Assembly: GCA_965216915.1 (NCBI GenBank)
Contig: CBDCGS010000011.1
Location: 195,404-259,403, forward strand
DNA length: 64,000 nucleotides
Source: Alphaproteobacteria bacterium
GTDB taxonomy: Bacteria; Pseudomonadota; Alphaproteobacteria; UBA828
Direction: 5' to 3'
This document shows, piece after piece, positions 55,530-64,000 of this stretch. Numbering within the stretch: position 1 is the stretch's first letter; each line of letters begins with the position of its first letter. Below the pieces are notes generated by a model. It made no database searches, was not told where the DNA came from, and saw only the letters and a list, made by a program, of their open reading frames with translations. The position numbers and the translations under genes were made by a program.

Positions 55530-56068
55530 CGACGCCAATCGCGATCAGTTCGCCCACCAACGGCAACGCCGATGGAACCCGTGCGATGGCGCCGCGATTC
55601 GTCTCTCATCGCCTCGCGAGGATAACCAATGTCGCCAATCGGGGCCTCACCCGATTGATCAGCGGTCAATTCGGCCTGACGCTCTCGGAGTGGCGGGTCA
55701 TGGCCGCGATCGGCGACAAGAGCGGCATCTCGGCGAACGCGGTTTGCCGGGCAACCGCGATGGACAAGGTGCGGGTCAGCCGTGCCGTCTCCGGCTTGCT
55801 CGACCAGGGATATCTGCGGCGCGATACCGATGCGGCGGACCGTCGGCGCTCGAAGCTCTATCTCAGCGCCGCCGGCGAGCGTGCCCATGACACGATTCTG
55901 CCGCTCGCCGAGCGCTACGATCGGATGATGCTCGAACCGCTGTCGGGCGAGGAAGAGCGGCTGCTGAACGCGCTGTTCGAAAAGCTCGAGAGCGGCTTGG
56001 CCGACATCGCCGCGCGCGGCTTCCAACTCCCCGAGGCGAGCGCAGAAGGCGAACCGTCGCGTCGCTAG
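55526..56068 (+). CDS. MarR family transcriptional regulator
   Basis: 180 aa. Winged HTH (LTLSEWRVMAAIG...ISANAVCRATAMDKVRVSRAVSGL). Confidence 0.8.
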   Translation: MTTPIAISSPTNGNADGTRAMAPRFVSHRLARITNVANRGLTRLISGQFGLTLSEWRVMAAIGDKSGISANAVCRATAMDKVRVSRAVSGLLDQGYLRRDTDAADRRRSKLYLSAAGERAHDTILPLAERYDRMMLEPLSGEEERLLNALFEKLESGLADIAARGFQLPEASAEGEPSRR

Positions 56069-56101
56069 CCCGGCGTACCATCGCGACACGCCGTGCCGGC
56101 C

Positions 56102-57133
56102 CTAAGGCCGCATGATCATGCGGCCAAAGAAATTGCGGCTTTCCATCACCGCGTGCGCCTCCGAAGCCTCGCTCAAGTGAAACGCCTTGTGGATCACCGG
56201 CGTAAGCTTGCCGGCCGCCATCAGATCGAGCACGTGCGCGACCTGGGCGCGGGTCGAGCGCCCACAGCCGTGCACGCTGATGTGCTTGCGGAAGAACTCG
56301 ATGAAATCGACCTCCACCTGTTCGCCGCCATGGGCGCCGATCGTCGCCATGCGCCCTCCGGCGGCGAGCGCGTCGATCGACTGAATGAGAATATCCCCGC
56401 CCGTCATTTCGAGGGCGACGTCCACGCCGCAGCCGTCTGTGAGCCGCCGGGCCTCGTCGCCGATCCGGCGCTCCGTGTAGTTGATGCCCGCATCGGCCCC
56501 GAGCCCGCGCGCCTTCTCGAGCTTGTCATCGCTGCCCGCGGCGGCGATCACATGAGCGCCGGCGAGCTTGGCGATTTGGACCGCGGCCGAGCCCACGCCG
56601 CCGCCGGCCGCGGTGATCAGCACCGAATCGCCGGCTTGTAGACGCGCAACCTCGATCAACGCCTCCCACGCGGTGGCGAACGGGATCTGTCCCGCCACGG
56701 CGTCGTCGTAGGAAAGGCCGTCCGGGATGCGCACCACGTGGTTCTGGCCGACCTTGACGTACTCGCCATAGCCGCCCCACACCGTCACACCCAGAATGTC
56801 GGCGTTGGGACAGATGTTCTCGGCGCCCGAGATGCAGGCACGGCAAGTGCCGCAGCTCAGCATGAAATGCGGCGCCACCCGATCGCCCGTCTTGTACTGG
56901 CTGACGCCGGGCCCGACCTCGACGATCTCACCGACGGCATCGACCCCCATGACGTGCGGCATCGCGCTCTCGACGCCGAACAGGCCCTTGCGGAGATCGG
57001 TGTCGCAATGGTTGACCCCACTCGCGTGTACCTTGATCACGAGCTCGCCGAACCCCGCGGTCGGTGTTTGCACGTCCTGGTAGGACAGCGTGTCGAACGC
57101 CTCGCCATAGCCATTGATCACGGCCGCTTTCAT
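56102..57133 (-). CDS. zinc-dependent alcohol dehydrogenase family (MDR) oxidoreductase
   Basis: GHE-like catalytic zinc ligands (CDTD, HVMGVD, structural Cys cluster CGTCRAC) and a GGGVG Rossmann motif. Confidence 0.85.
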   Translation of the reverse strand: MKAAVINGYGEAFDTLSYQDVQTPTAGFGELVIKVHASGVNHCDTDLRKGLFGVESAMPHVMGVDAVGEIVEVGPGVSQYKTGDRVAPHFMLSCGTCRACISGAENICPNADILGVTVWGGYGEYVKVGQNHVVRIPDGLSYDDAVAGQIPFATAWEALIEVARLQAGDSVLITAAGGGVGSAAVQIAKLAGAHVIAAAGSDDKLEKARGLGADAGINYTERRIGDEARRLTDGCGVDVALEMTGGDILIQSIDALAAGGRMATIGAHGGEQVEVDFIEFFRKHISVHGCGRSTRAQVAHVLDLMAAGKLTPVIHKAFHLSEASEAHAVMESRNFFGRMIMRP

Positions 57134-58065
57134 GGCTCATCTCCTGCATTGCCGATGCCGTTCGCGAATGCCGCCGCCGCCGCGCGATGGACCGTGCTGT
57201 GACGGCGCGCGAGGCAATCGACATCCTCCGCGTACCCACCGCCGACCACACAGGCGAGCGGAAGGCCCGCGTCGCGACACGTCTCGATCACGAACCGGTC
57301 GCGGGCCGCGAGTCCGGCGTCGGTGAGCGCGAGCCGCCCGAGCTTGTCCTCCGCGTGAGGGTCAACGCCGGCATTGTAGAACACGATATCGGGACGATGC
57401 CGCGCGATGATCGCGGGCAAATGGGTCTCGACGATCGAGAGGTACACGGCATCGCCCGTTCCAGGCGGCACGCCGATGTCGAGATCGCTGGCTTGCTTCT
57501 GATGCGGATAGTTCGCCTCGCAGTGCAGCGAGAACGTAAAGACGGCAGGCTCGCCCTCGAAGATCGCCGCCGTGCCGTCGCCCTGATGCACATCGAGATC
57601 GAACACCAGCGGGCGCCGAATCGCGCCTTCCGCCTGCAACACGCGGATCGCGACGGCGACGTCGTTGAACACGCAAAACCCGGCGCCATAGTCGGGGAAC
57701 GCATGATGGCTGCCGCCGGCGGTGTTGCATGCAAGCCCGCCGGCGAGCGCATGGCGCGCCGCGAGCACGGTGCCGCCGACCGCAGCCCGGCTGCGGCGCA
57801 CGAGTGCCGCCGACAGCGGCAGGCCGAGGCGTCGCTGCGCCCGCGCATCGAGCGCCAGATCGATCACCGCGGCGACGTAGTCGGAGGCGTGAGCACGCTC
57901 CAGCCACGCGCGCCGCGCGGGCTCCGGGTGGATCAGATCATCCGACGTGATCACGCCATCCTCGAGCAGCACCTCCTTGATGCGCCCGAACTTGCCCATC
58001 GGGAAGCGATGCCCGGGTGGAAGGGGCACCGTGTAATCCGGGTGGAAAGCGACAGGAACACCCAT
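57130..58065 (-). CDS. histone deacetylase family protein (AcuC/HDAC-like amidohydrolase)
   Basis: HDAC signature ([18 protein letters not shown]). Start at [11 protein letters not shown]; the upstream Arg-rich extension in the ORF track is probably not translated. Confidence 0.8.
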   Translation of the reverse strand: MGVPVAFHPDYTVPLPPGHRFPMGKFGRIKEVLLEDGVITSDDLIHPEPARRAWLERAHASDYVAAVIDLALDARAQRRLGLPLSAALVRRSRAAVGGTVLAARHALAGGLACNTAGGSHHAFPDYGAGFCVFNDVAVAIRVLQAEGAIRRPLVFDLDVHQGDGTAAIFEGEPAVFTFSLHCEANYPHQKQASDLDIGVPPGTGDAVYLSIVETHLPAIIARHRPDIVFYNAGVDPHAEDKLGRLALTDAGLAARDRFVIETCRDAGLPLACVVGGGYAEDVDCLARRHSTVHRAAAAAFANGIGNAGDEP

Positions 58066-58081
58066 GGCGGGCTGCGCGCCT

Positions 58082-58429
58082 TCAGATGATGGCGAGCACG
58101 TTCTCGGGCGGTCGCCCCAGCGCCGCCTTGGCACCGTTGACCACGATCGGCCGCTCGATCAGAATCGGGTGCGTGACCATGGCCTCGATCAGCTGGCTCC
58201 GGCTCAAGGCCTCGTCTCCAAGGCCCGCCTCCTTGTAGGCTGCCTCTTTCGTCCGCATCAGAGCGCGCGGTTCCATGGCGAGCTTGTCCAAAATGTCGCC
58301 AAGCGTCTTCGAAGACGGTGGCGCCTTAAGGTATTCAACGATTTCGGGCTCAATTCCCTTGTCGCGCAATAGCTGAAGCGTCTGACGCGATTTAGAACAG
58401 CGCGGATTGTGGTAGATAGTCACCGCCAT
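58082..58429 (-). CDS. arsC: arsenate reductase, glutaredoxin-coupled ArsC family
   Basis: 115 aa. [15 protein letters not shown] matches the ArsC N-terminal catalytic Cys motif (ITIYHNPACGTSR). The upstream part of the 215-aa ORF is spurious. Confidence 0.8.
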   Translation of the reverse strand: MAVTIYHNPRCSKSRQTLQLLRDKGIEPEIVEYLKAPPSSKTLGDILDKLAMEPRALMRTKEAAYKEAGLGDEALSRSQLIEAMVTHPILIERPIVVNGAKAALGRPPENVLAII

Positions 58430-60932
58430 GGAACATCTCCCGATGTCTGAACGAGCGCGCGGAATCTGGCATGCCGCGCAAGCCTGTGTCCAGCGGGCGG
58501 GCGGCGCTCTCGCATGCCTCGCGCTCGTCGCCATGCTCGGTGCCGCGGCGGCCCAAGCGGCGGAACCCGAGACGACGTCGGAAGATGGCGCGACCGAGGC
58601 CACGTCGGAAGGCGGCGCCCCCGAGGCCACCGTCGCGACCGAGCTGGAGCGTCTTGTCGAAACCATCGAAACCCCCGAGAGCCGCGAGCGTTTGCTCTCC
58701 GAGCTGCGCGCGCTCCTCGCGGCGAGCAAGACGGACGAGGCGGAAGAAGAACCGGAGGGCGCCTCGGCTCTGCAGGGGATCTCGGACGGGCTCGCGCTGG
58801 TCGGCGATCAGTTGGTCACGCTCGCGCGCGAGATCGCGGACATCCCCGATGTCGCCGATTGGCTTGGCGGCCAATGGGATGAAGCAGGCGGCCGATCCGC
58901 GTGGCTCACCAGCCTCTGGAAGATCGCCGCGGTCATCGGCAGCGCCATTGTTGTCGCCTTGGTCGCGTTCTACCTGCTCCGCCGGCCGCGGCGCCGTGTC
59001 GAGGCCGTGCAGGCGCCAAAGCGCTGGCTCAGACCCCTTCTGCTCGCCGCCTACAACCTTTTGCGCTTCGGCCCACATCTCATTTTCGTCGGCGTCGGTT
59101 ATGGCATCATCACGGTAATCGATCCGAGCGAAACCGCGCGCCTGATCACGCTCGCGTTCATCAACGCCCACCTCATCGCGAGCGCCGTGAGGATCGCCGC
59201 CAACATGGCATTCGCGCCGCACACGCCGCAGCTTCGGCTGAACAAGATCACCGACGTGACCGCGATGTATTGCGTCATTTGGTGGCGCCGGCTGGTCAAC
59301 ATCACGGTCTATGGCTATTTCGCGTGTCAGGCCATTCTCCTGCTCGGCCTCCCGGAGAGCGGCTACAGCGCGCTCGTGCGCATCTTGGGCATCGTCGTCG
59401 TCGGCCTCCTGATCGCGCTCATCCTGCAGAACCGGATCTCATTTGCGAAATGGATGCGCGAGACCGCGCAGGAGGGGCGCAGCCGCCTGCACTTGCGGGT
59501 GTTCGCGATCCTCGGACGCGCGGCCGATTTTTGGCACATCCCCGCGATCATCTACGTCGTCGCGGGCGGGATGCTCGCGGCCGCCGAAGGGATCGAGGGG
59601 TTCCTTTTCCTCGTGAAAAGCACGGCAGCAACGGCCGCCATCGCCTGGATCGCAGGATTGGTCAGTGGCGGCCTGCGCCACCTGTTCGAGCGCGGCTTCC
59701 GCCTGCGGGCGGAGACCCAGGAGCGCTATCCGGGCCTTCAGGCACGCGTGAACCGCTACCTCCCGCTAGTGCGCCGCATTCTCCAGGGCATCGTCTTCGT
59801 CATTGCGGTCATCTTGATCTTCGAGGCCTGGGAGGCCGACGCGTTCGGCTGGCTCGCGTCCGACACCGGGCAGGATGTGATCGGGACCATTGCCTCGATC
59901 CTCGCAATCGTCGTGATCGCGCTGCTCGTGCTCGAAATCGTCACGACCCTGATCGACCGTTACCTCACGACCGCCGACGCCGACGGCCATCTCGTCGAGC
60001 GCAGCCAACGCGCTCGGACCCTGCTGCCCCTCGCACGCAATGCGTTGCGCGTCATCGTGGGGATCATCGCGGCGCTGATGGTGCTATCCGAGATCGGCAT
60101 CGACATCGCACCCGTGCTTGCCGGTGTCGGCGTCGTGGGCCTCGCGATCGGGTTCGGCGCGCAGACCCTGGTGAAGGACATCATCACCGGGCTCTTCATC
60201 CTGCTCGAGGACAGTGTCGCCGTCGGCGACGTGGTGAATGCGGGCGGCCTGTCGGGGGTGGTCGAGGTCGTGACCATCCGCACGATCCGGCTCCGCGATC
60301 TCAGCGGCAACGTGCACACCATCCCGTTCAGCGCGGTCGACACCGTCACGAACATGACGAAGGACTTCTCCTACTACCTGATCGAGGCGGGCGTCGCGTA
60401 TCGCGAGGACTACGAAGAGGTTGTCGCGGTCATGCGGCAGGTCGGCGAGGAGCTGCAGGACGACCCCGATTACGGGCCGAACATGCTGGAGCCGCTCGAA
60501 ATCATGGGACTTCACTCCTTTGCCGACTCGGCGGTCGTGATCCGTGCGCGGATCAAAACCATCCCGTCGAAGCAGTGGGCGACGGGCCGCGAATACAACC
60601 GGCGCATGAAGGCCGCCTTCGACGCGCACGGCATCGAGATCCCCTTCCCGCACAGCACGATCTACTTCGGCGAGGACAAGCAGGGTCGCGCGCCCGTCGC
60701 GCACCTCCTCCTGGATCAACAACGCCTCGTCGAAGCGGCGGAGGGCGTCGAGGAGACGCCGGAGAAAGATGTCGAGAAGGCTCCGGAGATCGAGAAGACG
60801 CCGGAGAAAGAGGCGTCGCCCACGGTTGAGCGCCCCGCCGCGCCGGCGCCATCGGCCGAAACGCCCAAACGGTCCGATCGCCGGCCAAAGGCCGCCGGTG
60901 ACAGCGATAGCGGGGAAGCCCCGGATATGTAG
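58428..60932 (+). CDS. mechanosensitive ion channel family protein (MscK/KefA-like, MscS domain)
   Basis: Signal peptide, an acidic/coiled N-terminal domain, about 11 TM helices, and the MscS pore helix plus beta-domain (GFGAQTLVKDIITGLFILLED...GDVV). Acidic C-terminal tail. Confidence 0.8.
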   Translation: MEHLPMSERARGIWHAAQACVQRAGGALACLALVAMLGAAAAQAAEPETTSEDGATEATSEGGAPEATVATELERLVETIETPESRERLLSELRALLAASKTDEAEEEPEGASALQGISDGLALVGDQLVTLAREIADIPDVADWLGGQWDEAGGRSAWLTSLWKIAAVIGSAIVVALVAFYLLRRPRRRVEAVQAPKRWLRPLLLAAYNLLRFGPHLIFVGVGYGIITVIDPSETARLITLAFINAHLIASAVRIAANMAFAPHTPQLRLNKITDVTAMYCVIWWRRLVNITVYGYFACQAILLLGLPESGYSALVRILGIVVVGLLIALILQNRISFAKWMRETAQEGRSRLHLRVFAILGRAADFWHIPAIIYVVAGGMLAAAEGIEGFLFLVKSTAATAAIAWIAGLVSGGLRHLFERGFRLRAETQERYPGLQARVNRYLPLVRRILQGIVFVIAVILIFEAWEADAFGWLASDTGQDVIGTIASILAIVVIALLVLEIVTTLIDRYLTTADADGHLVERSQRARTLLPLARNALRVIVGIIAALMVLSEIGIDIAPVLAGVGVVGLAIGFGAQTLVKDIITGLFILLEDSVAVGDVVNAGGLSGVVEVVTIRTIRLRDLSGNVHTIPFSAVDTVTNMTKDFSYYLIEAGVAYREDYEEVVAVMRQVGEELQDDPDYGPNMLEPLEIMGLHSFADSAVVIRARIKTIPSKQWATGREYNRRMKAAFDAHGIEIPFPHSTIYFGEDKQGRAPVAHLLLDQQRLVEAAEGVEETPEKDVEKAPEIEKTPEKEASPTVERPAAPAPSAETPKRSDRRPKAAGDSDSGEAPDM

Positions 60933-60983
60933 CGACCGGCGACGTCCGGACGCTTGGCACCCAGAATCTGAACGGAGCACGCG

Positions 60984-61772
60984 ATGCAAAAGGCTCGCCC
61001 GATGGGGCCCGTCAATTGGGTCGGATTGAGCACGCTCTACACGAAGGAAGTGCGGCGGTTCACGAAGGTTTCGCTCCAGACCATCGTCGCCCCGACGCTC
61101 ACGAGCCTGCTGTTTCTCGCGGTGTTCGCGCTGGCGCTCGGGCGGGCGGTCAGCGAGGTCGGCGGCGTCCCGTTTCTCCAGTTCATGGCGCCCGGGCTGA
61201 TCATCATGGCGATCGTGCAGAACAGCTTCGCCAACACCTCCTCGTCGCTGATGATCTCGAAGGTTCAGGGCAACATCGTCGACATCCTGATGCCGCCGCT
61301 GACGCCAACCGAGCTCCTTGTCGGCGTCGCGGCCGGCGGCGTGTCCCGCGGGCTCGCGGTCGGTCTCGTGCTGTCGCTCGCGATGCTGGCCTTCGTGCCG
61401 CTCTCCGTGCATGACCTCGGCATGATCATCTTCCACGCCGTCGGCGCCTCGCTCCTGCTCTCGCTGCTCGGGATCGCGACCGCGATCTGGGCCGAGAAGT
61501 TCGACCAGCTTGCCGCCATGACCAATTTCGTGGTGACCCCGCTCGCCTTCCTCTCGGGCACCTTCTATTCCATCGAGCGCCTGCCGGAGGCCCTGCGCGT
61601 TGCAAGCCAATTCAACCCGTTCTTCTATCTGATCGACGGCTTCCGCTACGGTTTCATCGGCCATGCGGATGGCTCGCTCGCGGTCGGCGCCGGCGTCGTG
61701 ATCGGCGCGAATGCGGCACTTTGGCTGCTGTGTCATCGCATCCTCTCGAGCGGCTATCGCCTCAAGGCGTAG
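60984..61772 (+). CDS. ABC-2 type transporter permease
   Basis: 262 aa, 6 TM helices, ABC-2 family pattern. No ATPase gene adjacent. Confidence 0.75.
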   Translation: MQKARPMGPVNWVGLSTLYTKEVRRFTKVSLQTIVAPTLTSLLFLAVFALALGRAVSEVGGVPFLQFMAPGLIIMAIVQNSFANTSSSLMISKVQGNIVDILMPPLTPTELLVGVAAGGVSRGLAVGLVLSLAMLAFVPLSVHDLGMIIFHAVGASLLLSLLGIATAIWAEKFDQLAAMTNFVVTPLAFLSGTFYSIERLPEALRVASQFNPFFYLIDGFRYGFIGHADGSLAVGAGVVIGANAALWLLCHRILSSGYRLKA

Positions 61773-61858
61773 CCGTCCCTGCGTTGACTCCGACGCGCCC
61801 CGATCGGATAGTCGGCCGATCCGCGCGCGAAGCGATCACACACCAGGAGGAAGCTGCG

Positions 61859-63028
61859 GTGTCCGACTCTTTGATGAAGAACTACGGCCGGTTCGACATC
61901 GCGTTTGAGCGCGGCGAAGGGGCCTATCTGTTCACGCCCGACGGCAAGCGCTATCTCGATTTCGGTTGCGGCATCGGGGTGACGAGCCTGGGTCACGCGC
62001 ACCCGCATGTCGTCGCCGCCTTGGAGGGCCAGGCGAAGCGCCTGTGGCACGTCTCCAACCTCTATCACATCGCACCGCAGATCAGGCTCGCGGAGCGCCT
62101 GACCGACAACTCGTTTGCTGACCGGGTGTTGTTTTGCAATTCGGGCGCGGAGGCGGTGGAGGCCTCTCTCAAGCTCGCGCGGATCTACCACGACGGTCGC
62201 GGCGAGGCAGAGCGCTACCGCGTGATCACCTTCCGCAATGCGTTCCACGGGCGCACCTTGGCGACGATTGCGGCAGGCGGGCAGGAGAAGCACCTCAAGG
62301 GGTTCGCCCCGGTGGTCGATGGCTTCGATCAGGTGGAGCTGAACGATTTGGATGCCACGCGCGCCGCAATCACCGACGAGACGGCCGCGATTCTGGTCGA
62401 GCCGGTTCAGGGCGAAGGCGGCGTGCACATCGCGAGCGACGAATTTCTGCGTGGCTTGCGCGCGCTCGCCGACGAGCACGGCATTCTCCTCCTGATGGAC
62501 GAGGTGCAGTGCGGCGTCGGGCGCACCGGCCGCCTGTTCGCCCATGAGTGGGCGGGGATCGAGCCCGACGTGATGGCCGTCGCCAAGGCACTCGGCAACG
62601 GTTTCCCCATCGGCGCTTGTCTCGCCAAGGAAAATGTCGCCGCGGCGCTCGTCCCCGGCAGCCACGGCACAACCTTCGGCGGGAATCCGCTTGCCACCGA
62701 AGTTGGCAATGCGGTGCTCGACGTGGTGCTCGCCGATGGGTTCCTCGATCAGGTTCAGCGCAATGCGGCCATGCTGCGCGAGCGCCTGGCGGCGATCGCG
62801 GGCAACGGAGCCGTGTTCGACGAGGTGCGCGCACGCGGCATGATGTTCGGGCTCGTCTCCAAGGTGCCGATCCTCGAGCTTCTCGGCGCGCTTCGTGAGA
62901 ATGGGCTTCTCGCGCTTCCGGCCGAGGGCAACGTGCTGCGCATGCTGCCGCCGCTCACCATCGGCGAGGCCGAGATCGACGAGGCCAGCGACGCCCTGAC
63001 CAGGGCGTGCGCGGCGGTCGGGCCGTGA
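61859..63028 (+). CDS. argD: acetylornithine aminotransferase (class III aminotransferase)
   Basis: PLP lysine in AVAKALGNGFP, plus CNSGAEAVE and DEVQCGVGRTG motifs. Start proposed at the GTG at 61859 (AGGAGG at -8); the ATG at 61874 is the alternative. Confidence 0.85.
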   Translation: MSDSLMKNYGRFDIAFERGEGAYLFTPDGKRYLDFGCGIGVTSLGHAHPHVVAALEGQAKRLWHVSNLYHIAPQIRLAERLTDNSFADRVLFCNSGAEAVEASLKLARIYHDGRGEAERYRVITFRNAFHGRTLATIAAGGQEKHLKGFAPVVDGFDQVELNDLDATRAAITDETAAILVEPVQGEGGVHIASDEFLRGLRALADEHGILLLMDEVQCGVGRTGRLFAHEWAGIEPDVMAVAKALGNGFPIGACLAKENVAAALVPGSHGTTFGGNPLATEVGNAVLDVVLADGFLDQVQRNAAMLRERLAAIAGNGAVFDEVRARGMMFGLVSKVPILELLGALRENGLLALPAEGNVLRMLPPLTIGEAEIDEASDALTRACAAVGP

Positions 63029-63933
63029 CGAACCGCAGGCATTTCCTCGGGCTGGAAATGCTCGAGCCGGAGACGCTTCGCGCCATCGTCGACCATGCTC
63101 TGGCGCTCAAGCGCGCGGGCACCAACGGGGCGCGACCGCTTGACGGCAAGATGCTTGCGGCGATCTTCGAAGTACCGTCCACCCGCACGCGTGTCTCCTT
63201 CGACGTGGCGATGCGCCAGCTCGGCGGCGACACGATCTCGCTGACCTCGGTCGAGACGCAGCTCGGGCGCGGTGAGACCGAGCGCGACACCGCCCGTGTG
63301 CTGTCGCGCTATGTCGATGCCATCGTCATCCGGACGCGCTCCCATGAGACCTTGCTGGCGCTCGCCGATGCCGCCGACGTGCCGGTCATCAACGGGCTGA
63401 CCGATCGCACCCATCCGTGCCAGCTCATCGCGGACATCATGACCTTCGAGGAGGTTCGCGGACCGATCACCGGCAAGACGGTCGCTTGGCTCGGTGACGG
63501 CAACAACATGGCGACCTCGTGGGTCCAATCGGCCGCGCAATTCGGCTTCGCGCTCCGCCTGGCCTGTCCCGAGGCGCATGCGCCGGACCCGGCGGTCCTC
63601 GCGTGGGCGCGGCAGCGCGGCGCGGACATCACGACCACCGCCGACGTCGAGGCGGCGGCGGCCGGCGCCGATTGCGTCGTGACCGACACCTGGGTTTCGC
63701 TGAGCGACTCGAACGCGAAATCAATCGACGCCTTGGCCCCCTATCAGGTGAATGAGCGCATCATGGCTTTGGCCGCGACCGACGCGATCTTCATGCATTG
63801 CCTGCCCGCCAAACGGGGGCAGGAGGTGGTCGACGCGGTCATGGACGGGCCCCAATCCGTCGTGTTCGAGGAGGCGGCAAACCGCGTACCGGCCCAGAAG
63901 GCCATCCTGCTATGGTGCTTCGGCGCCCTATGA
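63025..63933 (+). CDS. argF: ornithine carbamoyltransferase
   Basis: STRTR carbamoyl-phosphate motif, HPCQ and HCLP ornithine-binding motifs. Start taken as the GTG overlapping the argD stop (GTGA); the ATG at 63058 is the alternative. Confidence 0.9.
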   Translation: MTNRRHFLGLEMLEPETLRAIVDHALALKRAGTNGARPLDGKMLAAIFEVPSTRTRVSFDVAMRQLGGDTISLTSVETQLGRGETERDTARVLSRYVDAIVIRTRSHETLLALADAADVPVINGLTDRTHPCQLIADIMTFEEVRGPITGKTVAWLGDGNNMATSWVQSAAQFGFALRLACPEAHAPDPAVLAWARQRGADITTTADVEAAAAGADCVVTDTWVSLSDSNAKSIDALAPYQVNERIMALAATDAIFMHCLPAKRGQEVVDAVMDGPQSVVFEEAANRVPAQKAILLWCFGAL

Positions 63934-63951
63934 CCGGCGCGGGGCCGCACG

Positions 63952-63986
63952 ACGACATCGTGCGGCCCTTTCGCTTAGGCGCCTCG
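63952..63986 (+). terminator. rho-independent terminator after argF
   Basis: 10-bp perfect stem GGGCCGCACG/CGTGCGGCCC with a 7-nt loop, followed by TTTCGCTT. Lies 19 bp after the argF stop. Confidence 0.55.
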
Positions 63987-64000
63987 GGCGCGCGGGGGCG

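Noticed and set aside
60984-61772. Orphan ABC-2 permease as part of a special system
   Set aside because: Lone ABC-2 permeases with the ATPase encoded elsewhere or just outside a window are common. There is nothing distinctive here beyond the missing partner.
1-64000. Mobile genetic element, genomic island, prophage, CRISPR or defence system
   Set aside because: No transposase, integrase, recombinase, phage structural gene, tRNA, repeat-spacer array or restriction/abortive-infection-like gene is present. GC content is uniform. The only repeats are the short RIME-like elements.

Overview
This is a high-GC (about 68%) chromosomal window, probably from an alphaproteobacterium. Its content is catabolic and stress metabolism. 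I found no rRNA, tRNA, CRISPR array, transposase or integrase. About 65 protein genes are supported; many long antisense ORFs in the six-frame track are GC artefacts and were discarded.

Main gene blocks:
- A cytochrome P450 followed by an aldehyde dehydrogenase, divergent from a LigB-type extradiol dioxygenase.
- A TetR-controlled VOC protein, a tungsten/molybdenum-type aldehyde:ferredoxin oxidoreductase and a MoaD-like gene.
- An Rrf2 regulator with a MOSC protein and an NnrS membrane protein (NO-stress type module).
- A tyrosine-catabolism operon (hppD, hmgA-like, FAH-family hydrolase) with a divergent MarR regulator.
- An acyl-CoA / HpcH-aldolase operon, and a CoA-transferase / enoyl-CoA hydratase / gloB operon.
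- argD-argF at the right edge, ending in a clean intrinsic terminator.

The most unusual locus is at about 20.0-38.9 kb. Two operons are transcribed divergently from one 190-bp region:
- Minus strand: a toluene-4-monooxygenase-like diiron hydroxylase set, tmoA/B/C/D, with no beta subunit and no reductase gene. It runs straight into an SDR, an alpha/beta hydrolase, a luciferase-like flavin monooxygenase and an AsnB-type amidotransferase.
- Plus strand: a GlnA-like gamma-glutamyl ligase, a VOC protein, a cobalt-type nitrile hydratase whose beta subunit is split into two translationally coupled genes ahead of the alpha subunit, a D-aminoacylase-family amidohydrolase, an AEC transporter, stand-alone gcvPA/gcvPB-like genes, an ATP-NAD-kinase-family protein and a MocA oxidoreductase.
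This combination reads as an undescribed pathway, possibly for amine or aminonitrile metabolism.

I also found a roughly 100-bp RIME/REP-like intergenic repeat. It has three full copies and one fragment, each abutting a stop codon and carrying a conserved CAGGTG-N-CACCTG hairpin. Several candidate operator palindromes are reported.
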